Of a stretch of DNA of 32,785 bases, positions 14,153 through 21,101 are shown one piece after another. Within the stretch, counting starts at the first letter, position 1, and every line of letters begins with the position of its first letter. A program made the translations under genes and the position numbers. Origin of the DNA: Candidatus Zixiibacteriota bacterium (GTDB lineage: Bacteria; Zixibacteria; MSB-5A5; GN15; FEB-12); contig JAHIVM010000016.1 of assembly GCA_018816665.1 (NCBI GenBank), positions 1-32,785 on the forward strand. The letters run 5' to 3'. A model generated the notes under the pieces. The model ran no database searches. It was given only the letters and a program-made list of their open reading frames with translations, and was not told where the DNA came from.

Positions 14153-15676
14153 ATGGCTATAGAACTTAGCGGCTCCGGCCTGACCATTGAAAAAGTCGTA
14201 AAAATCGCCCGGGACAATGAGCCTGTGGCGTTGTCCGCCGATGCGCTTGCGAGGATCAAGAAGTGCCGGGCCATGCTCGAGAAGAAGATTGTCGCCCACG
14301 AAATCATGTACGGCGTCAACACCGGCATTGGTGAATTCTCCGAAGTTGTCCTTACCGACGATCAGGTGAAGGATTTCCAGAAGTACCTCATCTACAATCA
14401 CTCGGCGGGTATCGGTGATCCGGCCCCGATCGAATATGTCCGCGGTGCCATGGCCGGACGGATCAATGTGCATGCCCACGGCAACTCGGGGGTGCGCCCT
14501 GAGGTCACCCAGACCCTGGTTGACATGCTCAACAAAGGGGTCACGCCGTTTGTGTGTCAAAAGGGCTCGGTGGGGGCCTGCGGTGATCTGGCGCCCATGT
14601 CCCAGGTGGCGCTCCTGATGATGGGTGAGGGCAAGGCGTACTACAAAGGCGAGTTGCTCCCGGGCAAAGAGGCGATGGACCGCGCCGGGATTCCGATTCC
14701 GGGACTGCAGGCGCGCGACGGTCTCGCGGTGATCAACGGCTCAAACGTTTTGACCGCCATGAGCGCGATATTCCTGTTCGATACCAACAACTGGCTGAAA
14801 CAGGCTGAGATTGCCGCTGCGATGTCTCTGGAGGCCCTTAAGGCCAACATGAAGCCTTACGACACCCGTTTGCATGAGATACGCGGCTTTAAGGGCGCAG
14901 TGCGCTCAGCGGCCGCCATACGCAGGCTGGTGGCCGGGGGAGACCTGGCCGAGCAGCGCGTGCAGTGCAAAGTTCAGGACGCCTATTCCATGCGCTCGAC
15001 CCCGCAGGTGGTCGGTGCGGCGCACGATGCTATTGCGTACGCCCGTTCGCAGGTTGAGATTGAACTTAACGGTGTGGGGGACAACCCGATCTTTTTCCCC
15101 GATGATGACCTTCAGCTTTCCGGCGCCAACTTTCAGGGGACGCCGGTGGCCGTGCCGATGGATATGGCCGGGGCGTGCGTGACGATGGTGTCGGTGATGT
15201 CGGAGCGTCGCATGAATCGTCTGAACAATCCAGCCCTCAGTGTGGGGTTGCCGCCGTTTTTGACCAAGGGTGCCGGGATGTTTTCCGGGATGATGCTTTC
15301 TCAGTACACCGCGGATATGCAGATTGTGGAGCAGCGCATTCTGTCGGCTCCGGCCTCGATCCAGTCGATCCCGGCGGCGGCGGACCAGGAAGATTTTGTG
15401 TCGATGGGCATGAACACGGCGATCAAAAACTTCCAGATTCTGGACAATGCTTACGGTATCCTGGGGATTGAAATCATGGCTGCGGCCCAGGCGCTGGACT
15501 TCCGGGAGTACGGTTTTGGCAAGGGTGTGACGAAAGCCCATGAAGTGGTGAGACGTCATGTTGACTTCCTGGAGATCGACCGTCCGTTGTACGAAGACCA
15601 CACGAACATGAAAGCGCTGGTGAAGTCGTGTGAGATTCTGCACGAGGTCGAGAAGGAAGTGGGGAGTCTGGAGTAG
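14153..15676 (+). CDS. hutH: Histidine ammonia-lyase family (MIO-dependent) enzyme
   Basis: 507 aa. Motifs: YGVNTG (Tyr53), His83, GSVGACGDLAP (residues 139-149), Asn195 in INGS, QDAYSMRSTPQV, SQYTA...PASIQSIPAAADQEDFVSMG. Numbering is almost collinear with Pseudomonas HAL. Confidence 0.85.
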   Translation: MAIELSGSGLTIEKVVKIARDNEPVALSADALARIKKCRAMLEKKIVAHEIMYGVNTGIGEFSEVVLTDDQVKDFQKYLIYNHSAGIGDPAPIEYVRGAMAGRINVHAHGNSGVRPEVTQTLVDMLNKGVTPFVCQKGSVGACGDLAPMSQVALLMMGEGKAYYKGELLPGKEAMDRAGIPIPGLQARDGLAVINGSNVLTAMSAIFLFDTNNWLKQAEIAAAMSLEALKANMKPYDTRLHEIRGFKGAVRSAAAIRRLVAGGDLAEQRVQCKVQDAYSMRSTPQVVGAAHDAIAYARSQVEIELNGVGDNPIFFPDDDLQLSGANFQGTPVAVPMDMAGACVTMVSVMSERRMNRLNNPALSVGLPPFLTKGAGMFSGMMLSQYTADMQIVEQRILSAPASIQSIPAAADQEDFVSMGMNTAIKNFQILDNAYGILGIEIMAAAQALDFREYGFGKGVTKAHEVVRRHVDFLEIDRPLYEDHTNMKALVKSCEILHEVEKEVGSLE

Positions 15677-15784
15677 GACTTCGTGGTACGCACACCCTGT
15701 CTGCCCCGATAGACTCAGGTGCCGTCGCGTACCTCTTACCATTATGACCGGTCAACTTGTTTGGCCGGGTTTCTCATTCTGTAG

Positions 15785-15816
15785 CCCGGGTCCGTCTTCG
15801 AACCCGGGTTTTCTTG
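15785..15816 (+). terminator. Intrinsic terminator about 110 nt after the ammonia-lyase gene
   Basis: CCCGGGT (15785-15791) pairs with ACCCGGG (15802-15808), followed by TTTTCTTG. Confidence 0.6.
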
Positions 15817-15834
15817 TGTGAGGGATGTCACTTA

Positions 15835-15870
15835 TTCGGGTGGCCGGCTCAAACTGGTTTTGAGCCGGAT
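15835..15870 (+). repeat. 36-nt GTGG-plus-hairpin element, copy A
   Basis: Sequence TTCGGGTGG-CCGGCTCAAA-CTGGT-TTTGAGCCGG-AT, with a perfect 10-bp stem at 15844-15853 / 15859-15868. Confidence 0.7.
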
Positions 15871-16168
15871 CAATGTTGCCTACAGGTCACCACGAGCTTC
15901 GTGGGCGGCAGACCCTCGTCTGCCCCGTTCAGACGTTCGGATCTGACCCACCGGACGTAGTAGAGACTTGAGGGACCCCTCTTGTCAGACATTGGTTGCG
16001 GCAGGTCCCCCTGGCAGTGTATTGACGGTTACACATGATCCTGATCTCTCGTCGGCAATATCCTCGCACAGCCGAAACAGGGACCTGCCCTGCGGTATGT
16101 TGATGTGATCCGGACGGCGTTGGCGGCGAGAGAGAGAGGGGAGGGCGGTGCCGAGTAAATCGGGGAGA

Positions 16169-16204
16169 ATCCGCCTCAAAACAAGTTTGAGGCGGCCACC
16201 CGGA
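16169..16204 (-). repeat. 36-nt GTGG-plus-hairpin element, copy B, inverted relative to copy A
   Basis: The reverse complement reads TCCGGGTGG-CCGCCTCAAA-CTTGT-TTTGAGGCGG-AT. It matches copy A at 32 of 36 positions, and two of the four differences are a compensatory G-C to C-G swap in the stem. Confidence 0.7.
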
Positions 16205-16378
16205 TTGGGAGTTGTTTCGTTGATCAAGAAGCCGTCAGGTGAGACACCCGACGGCACGTGTAGGTTGGGATAGGCCGATACGTGAGGCACATGACAGCAA
16301 GGAATTGATAGTGAACGTTCCGTCGCCCTTCGACAGGCTCAGGGTGACTTAGTGCTAGTGCGGTGTTGGGACGGTTGC

Positions 16379-16699
16379 CTATTCGTCCTCAACGATTACG
16401 GCGGTGCCGTACACAAGAAACTCCGCCGCGCCCTGCATCATGGACGACGTAGAAAAGCGGACCGTGATCACGGCGTTGCCCCCCAGTTCCTTCGCCTGTT
16501 GCTCCATCCGGTCCATTGCCTGCTCGCGCGATTCCGCCATCATCTTGGTGTAATCCGTAATCTCGCCACCGATCATATTGCGGAACTTCGCCGCAATGTC
16601 GTGACCGAGATGAACCGCCCGTATGGATGACCCTCGCACAATACCGAGCGTCTCCATCACTTTCTTGCCGTGTATGAAATCACTGGTCGTTGTAATCAC
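16379..16699 (-). CDS. YbjQ/UPF0145 family (putative heavy-metal-binding domain) protein, paralogue 1
   Basis: I prefer the GTG start at 16699, with GGGAGAGG 8 nt upstream. That gives 106 aa, collinear with paralogue 2; the track's TTG at 16717 adds 6 residues. Family blocks: LGIVRG, GGEITDYTKMMAESREQAMDRM, AKELGGNAVITVRFSTS, YGTAV. Confidence 0.85.
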   Translation of the reverse strand: MITTTSDFIHGKKVMETLGIVRGSSIRAVHLGHDIAAKFRNMIGGEITDYTKMMAESREQAMDRMEQQAKELGGNAVITVRFSTSSMMQGAAEFLVYGTAVIVEDE

Positions 16700-16873
16700 C
16701 GGACGTACCTCTCCCAAAGTCGTTGTCGTAGTCTTCTGTTTTCAGCGTCTGAATATACTATCTGTCCGGTCGGCGTGACAGACAGTTTTCGCTCCGGGCC
16801 GGTTTTCACCCCGGGGAGGGGACCAAGCCGGCCATATACACGATGCCGGGTCGGGGGGGACCAACCCGGTTGC

Positions 16874-17194
16874 TTATGCGTCTTCGATCACAACCGCGGT
16901 GCCGTAGGCCAGCAGCTCGGCGGCGCCCTGCATCATCGAGGAGGTAGAAAAGCGCACCATAATGACGGCATTGGCGCCCAGTTCTTTGGCCTCATCGACC
17001 ATGCGATCCAGGGACTGTTCCCGGGACTCGGCTATCATCTTGGTATAGTCGCTTATCTCCCCGCCGACCAGGTTTCTGAACGCGGCCGCGATATCCCGTC
17101 CCACGTGCCGGGCGCGAATCGTATTGCCGCGCACCAGCCCGAGGACTTTGACTACTCGTTTGCCGGGTACGGTCTCGGTAGTTGTGATTATCAT
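16874..17194 (-). CDS. YbjQ/UPF0145 family protein, paralogue 2
   Basis: 106 aa (MIITTTETVPGKRVVKVLGLVRG...). 73 of 106 positions are identical to paralogue 1 by hand alignment. Its ATG overlaps the anti-sigma stop as ATGA at 17191-17194. Confidence 0.9.
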   Translation of the reverse strand: MIITTTETVPGKRVVKVLGLVRGNTIRARHVGRDIAAAFRNLVGGEISDYTKMIAESREQSLDRMVDEAKELGANAVIMVRFSTSSMMQGAAELLAYGTAVVIEDA

Positions 17195-17637
17195 TTCATT
17201 ACCTTACTGTAACGTTCCCGTCGATAGGCAAATATCCGTTCCCGTCCAAATGACACGAGCAAAACCGCCGAGCCGGCCGCAATGCCGGAGAGACCGATTT
17301 TGAGCCAGAGCGGATTGCCCGGGTTTGTGAACAGCTCCTTAAACCCTTCCCAGAGCCCAAAGCACGCAAGCAAAATAGCCCCCACGGAGAAGAAGATCCA
17401 GCCGAGTCCGCGTTCCGTTTTGCGGTACAGCGAGGCCCAGTAGGACTCCCAGACCTCATCGGGCAAATCGGCGTAGGTCATGGTGCCGGTTACCTCTTTC
17501 AGTCGTTTGAATTCTTCCATTTCCGCGCGCAACTCACCGTTATTCGCCAGTTCTTTTTCAAAGTCCCGGCGCTCCTCATCAGACAGTTCCCCATCGACAT
17601 AGCCAGCTAGAAGCTGTCGAAGCCTGTCATCCATCAT
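17191..17637 (-). CDS. Putative anti-sigma factor (no zinc motif) with two TM segments
   Basis: Overlaps the upstream ECF sigma gene by 11 nt. The N-terminal helix LLAGYVDGELSDEERRDFEKEL is typical of anti-sigma N-domains. There are two hydrophobic segments in the C-terminal half. Confidence 0.7.
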   Translation of the reverse strand: MMDDRLRQLLAGYVDGELSDEERRDFEKELANNGELRAEMEEFKRLKEVTGTMTYADLPDEVWESYWASLYRKTERGLGWIFFSVGAILLACFGLWEGFKELFTNPGNPLWLKIGLSGIAAGSAVLLVSFGRERIFAYRRERYSKVMK

Positions 17638-18211
17638 TCCTCCTCATCAGCGTAGCCAGCCGTTTACGCGCGTAGTAAAGGCGTGACATAACTGTTCCGC
17701 GCGGGATATCCAGCATGGTGGCAATCTCATCGTAAGACATCCCCCGGAAGTGCTGTAAGGTTATTATTTCCCGGTCCTCAAAGGACAACTCCATGAGCGC
17801 CCGACGCAGCGATGCGACCATTTCCTTTTTCATCACAGCCTCTTCCGGATTGTCATCGGACACCAAGAGATACGATACGTCGTCAACATCGACCATCCTG
17901 TGGTCCCGTTTGGTGCGCCGCTTGAGCCAGGTCCGGCTGAGATTGGCAATGATGGTATAAAACCAGGGAAGAAACGGCTGGCTCTGGTCAAAGGTGCCTG
18001 CCGAGCGATACACACGAAGGAAAGCCTCCTGGGAGATATCGTAAGCATCGTCTTTGTTGCCTACCAGCCCCAGGGCCATGCGGTATGCGGCCTTCTTGTG
18101 CTTTTCCACAAGCGACTGCAACGCCTTTTTGTTGCCTTCACGAATATCCATGACCAGTGCCGCGTCAGTATCCATAGAGTTTTGATCCTTCTTACCGGTC
18201 ATACCTGCCAA
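17627..18211 (-). CDS. ECF-type RNA polymerase sigma-70 family factor
   Basis: 194 aa. The start is TTG at 18211 or ATG at 18202. Region 2 reads DDAYDISQEAFLRVYRS...FLPWFYTIIANLSRTWLKRR. Region 4 reads LSFEDREIITLQHFRGMSYDEIATMLDIPRGTVMSRLYYARKRL. Confidence 0.9.
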   Translation of the reverse strand: MAGMTGKKDQNSMDTDAALVMDIREGNKKALQSLVEKHKKAAYRMALGLVGNKDDAYDISQEAFLRVYRSAGTFDQSQPFLPWFYTIIANLSRTWLKRRTKRDHRMVDVDDVSYLLVSDDNPEEAVMKKEMVASLRRALMELSFEDREIITLQHFRGMSYDEIATMLDIPRGTVMSRLYYARKRLATLMRRNDG

Positions 18212-18357
18212 TCCGATGAATATTCACAGTTATTCGCAAAAAGACGCCAAAAAGGCTTGCCGGGCGATAACCTATTGCTCTATTTGTTGTTAGGCAACAT
18301 AAAAAGCGGCCCGCCGGGCGCTCGACAAACACGAATACGAGAAACGGAACTCACCAT

Positions 18358-18939
18358 ATGGCTCAGAATAAGCGACAGCAGAGGGCCGAGGCAAAAGCCG
18401 AACAGGGCCTATCGCTTTACAACAAATTGAAAAAAAACGGGGTTCTGCAGATCGCATTTGTGTCGGCCCTGGTTGTTCTGGTCGGAGGAGCGATCTACAC
18501 TTCCTACATGAAGGACGATGATCCTGAGTACCTGAAGTTCCACAAGCAGGGGGAAGCGACTCTTACGAATGCCGACGGCCAGGTGCTGGCCACTATTGAT
18601 CTTGAGATCGCGGACACCGAGGCCACGCGCGAGGTGGGCATGATGTACCGTCGGTCGATGAAGGACAACCAGGGGATGCTGTTTGTGTTTCCGGTTGAGG
18701 AGCCACGTTCCTTCTGGATGCGCAACACGTATCTGGCGCTGGACATGATCTATGTAAACGCGGCGGGGCATGTGGTCACGATCCAGAGAAACACTACCCC
18801 GCTCAAGGAGATTCACTACACCAGCGATGTCCCGGCGCTGTATGTCCTTGAAGTGGTTGCCGGCTTTGCCGACCGGGTTGGTGTTGACGTGGGGGATCGG
18901 TTGACCTGGAAGAAAACGGTCACGGCACCTGCCGAGTAA
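18358..18939 (+). CDS. DUF192 (COG1430) domain protein with an N-terminal membrane anchor
   Basis: 193 aa. TM segment: VLQIAFVSALVVLVGGAIY. DUF192 blocks: GMMYRRSM.DNQGMLFVF, FWMRNTYLALDMIYV, YVLEVVAGF. Confidence 0.8.
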   Translation: MAQNKRQQRAEAKAEQGLSLYNKLKKNGVLQIAFVSALVVLVGGAIYTSYMKDDDPEYLKFHKQGEATLTNADGQVLATIDLEIADTEATREVGMMYRRSMKDNQGMLFVFPVEEPRSFWMRNTYLALDMIYVNAAGHVVTIQRNTTPLKEIHYTSDVPALYVLEVVAGFADRVGVDVGDRLTWKKTVTAPAE

Positions 18940-18965
18940 TCTGACCCATCAGAGCATAAACAGAA

Positions 18966-18998
18966 AGAGCCCCGGCACGGAAATCATGCCGGGGCTTT
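18966..18998. terminator. Bidirectional hairpin terminator between convergent genes
   Basis: GCCCCGGCA (18969-18977) pairs with TGCCGGGGC (18987-18995) around a 9-nt loop. It is flanked by an A-rich 5' side and a T-rich 3' side. Confidence 0.65.
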
Positions 18999-19023
18999 GT
19001 CTGGTCGAAAGACAAGGACGGCC

Positions 19024-20892
19024 TTACATCTGCTGCAGCAATGCCATCGTGTTTTTCGGATTCATCAGGCGAACGGTTCGGTCGCCGGCCTTCTTTTCGT
19101 CGGCACCCTTGACAATTAGATCCTTCACCTGTACCGGTGTCAGTTCCGGATGCAGGGCGAGAATTTTGGCGGCCAGATTGGTCACGTTTGGCGACGCCTG
19201 CGAGGTGCCGCTCATAGTGAGTTTGTCACCGCCCGGAACGTAGGAGAGAACCTCAAAGCCGTTAGCGTAGACATCGGTCTTGCCGAAACTCGTAAACGAG
19301 GTCTCGTCGCCGGCCTGATCGACCGCCCCCACCGTCATGATGTTCGGAAAGTCAAACGAACTCGGGATGACCTCGTCAAATTCGACATTGTTGTCATCGT
19401 TGCCTGCGGACGTAATCCAGAGTATTTCCGGAGCGGATTCCATGGCCTTGTAGAGTCCCATTTTGTTGATCTCAAAAATCTGACGGGCGAGCGCCTTGCG
19501 TTCTTCCGGCGTGCCGCCGGCATTGTTGGCTTCCAGCGCGGCCTCAACACCGGCCAGATCGCCGCCCCAGCTCATGTTGACCACCCGCACGCCGTTCTTG
19601 CGGTAGTAGTCGACCACTTCCCAGGTAACGGCAGAATCCTTTCGAGCCATCTCGACAGTCGGGCATTCCGGAATCATGGTGTAGCCAAACGTCAGACGGG
19701 AAATCAACAGGCGGGCGAACGGATTGCCGCGCATGGCAATTCCGGCCACATGGGTGCCGTGAGCGTAGTTGCCGTACTTGGAGATGTTTTCGATGAACGG
19801 CTGAGCCTCTTCCTGCTTGAGGGAACCCATCATGGTTTTCAGTTCGGCGGATTCATCGCTCTCGATGTTGGCCTGAAGATCCGAGAGCCCTTTCATTAGC
19901 TTCTGAAGCATCGGGCGTTCGCTCTCGACATCTTCAATCGGAAACAGCATTTCGGTTGTTTTGTCGGAATGCAGGGTCAGTGCTATACCGTGGACATCGT
20001 CGACCCAGCCGTTGTTGTCGTCGTCTTTGTTGTTGCCGGGGATCTCTTTCGGATTGGTCCACAGGACATCTTTGAACACGTCGACATCGGAGCCGGAATC
20101 CCAGACACAAACGATCACTTCGTTGCCCTTGTCCTGGTCTGTAAGTGTCACGTCACGGGCCGCCCAGATATCCTTTTTGTCTACTTCATTGGCCTCAAGG
20201 TACGCAGCGAGAACATCGATGATACCCTGTTTGACAGGCAGGTAGGTATGGACCATGAACCCCATGGAGAGCAGTCCCATGGCGATATCTTTGCTCATCT
20301 CACCGTTGGTTTTGTCCAGAATGGTCTGGGTCCGAGATTCGATCATACCGCTGATCAGGTTTTCGTTGATCATCTCGTACCGACCCTTGTTGGCCTTTAA
20401 CGTGGCTCCCACCGTTTCGTACGGAAGCTCAGTGAGTTGACGGGCGTATTCCTCGGCCAGGTTTGACTCCAGGTCGCCCTCGGACTGCCTGGCTTTGCAC
20501 CAGGCACGACCGAGAAGACCGCTGGTCATTTTGGCCGCGTCCTTGTCCTCCAGGTCAATGATGAGGTCGTTGTACTTGAGATAGTCATCATAACGCTCCT
20601 GCAGGAGGGCAATCACGCCCAGGGCGTTGTAGTACTCCTTGAGGGTGGTCTTGTCGGCTATGTCGTACTTCGCCAGATCGGATTCCAGGTCCGTCTTTAG
20701 CTCCGCGGCCAGGCCCAGCAACAGTTCCGTGTCATGGAGATAGTTCAGTGCCGCGCTTTGAGCCTGATAGGTATGGCGCGGGAGTTCATCGAGTTTCTCA
20801 ATCTTAATTTTGTCCTGGGCGTTGGCTCCACCTGCGAGCAGCAGGCCGGCGAGCGCTAGGGTCAGGGCCAGCAGGCCGCGTCCGTTCAACAT
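19024..20892 (-). CDS. Secreted subtilisin-family (S8) serine peptidase with a long helical N-terminal domain
   Basis: I place the start at ATG 20892, giving the signal peptide MLNGRGLLALTLALAGLLLAGGANA. The track start at 21051 adds 53 non-signal residues. Catalytic triad contexts: VCVWDSGSD, HGTHVAGIA, SGTSQASPNV. Confidence 0.85.
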   Translation of the reverse strand: MLNGRGLLALTLALAGLLLAGGANAQDKIKIEKLDELPRHTYQAQSAALNYLHDTELLLGLAAELKTDLESDLAKYDIADKTTLKEYYNALGVIALLQERYDDYLKYNDLIIDLEDKDAAKMTSGLLGRAWCKARQSEGDLESNLAEEYARQLTELPYETVGATLKANKGRYEMINENLISGMIESRTQTILDKTNGEMSKDIAMGLLSMGFMVHTYLPVKQGIIDVLAAYLEANEVDKKDIWAARDVTLTDQDKGNEVIVCVWDSGSDVDVFKDVLWTNPKEIPGNNKDDDNNGWVDDVHGIALTLHSDKTTEMLFPIEDVESERPMLQKLMKGLSDLQANIESDESAELKTMMGSLKQEEAQPFIENISKYGNYAHGTHVAGIAMRGNPFARLLISRLTFGYTMIPECPTVEMARKDSAVTWEVVDYYRKNGVRVVNMSWGGDLAGVEAALEANNAGGTPEERKALARQIFEINKMGLYKAMESAPEILWITSAGNDDNNVEFDEVIPSSFDFPNIMTVGAVDQAGDETSFTSFGKTDVYANGFEVLSYVPGGDKLTMSGTSQASPNVTNLAAKILALHPELTPVQVKDLIVKGADEKKAGDRTVRLMNPKNTMALLQQM

Positions 20893-21101
20893 AATCAATG
20901 TCCTTTCAATCCGGCTTTTTCCAGACAGTACACACCGAGTCATACACTGAGTTGTCCAAATTAACACAACCGATGGCAACTGACAAGTGTTCCGAAACAA
21001 CTCTTGTACAATACTCCGGATTTCCGGTTGCATGAACCGGCAGGAAGCCACTAATTGCCTGCAGGAACACTACTTCACCGGCAAATCAGGGAGGAAGTAT
21101 C

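Noticed and set aside
15757-16290. 67-aa (+) and 101-aa (-) ORFs inside the large intergenic gap
   Set aside because: They use non-ATG starts without SD, have Arg/Pro/Ser-rich composition, overlap terminator and hairpin elements, and show no recognisable domain. I treat the region as non-coding.
20893-21051. 5' extension of the S8 peptidase ORF. Analogous extensions lie at 12923-12967, 16700-17717 for ybjQ-1 (really 16700-16717), 30511-30546 and 31019-31060.
   Set aside because: The internal starts give proper signal peptides or family-collinear N-termini and are preceded by better SD sequences. The extensions add residues with no counterpart in the families.
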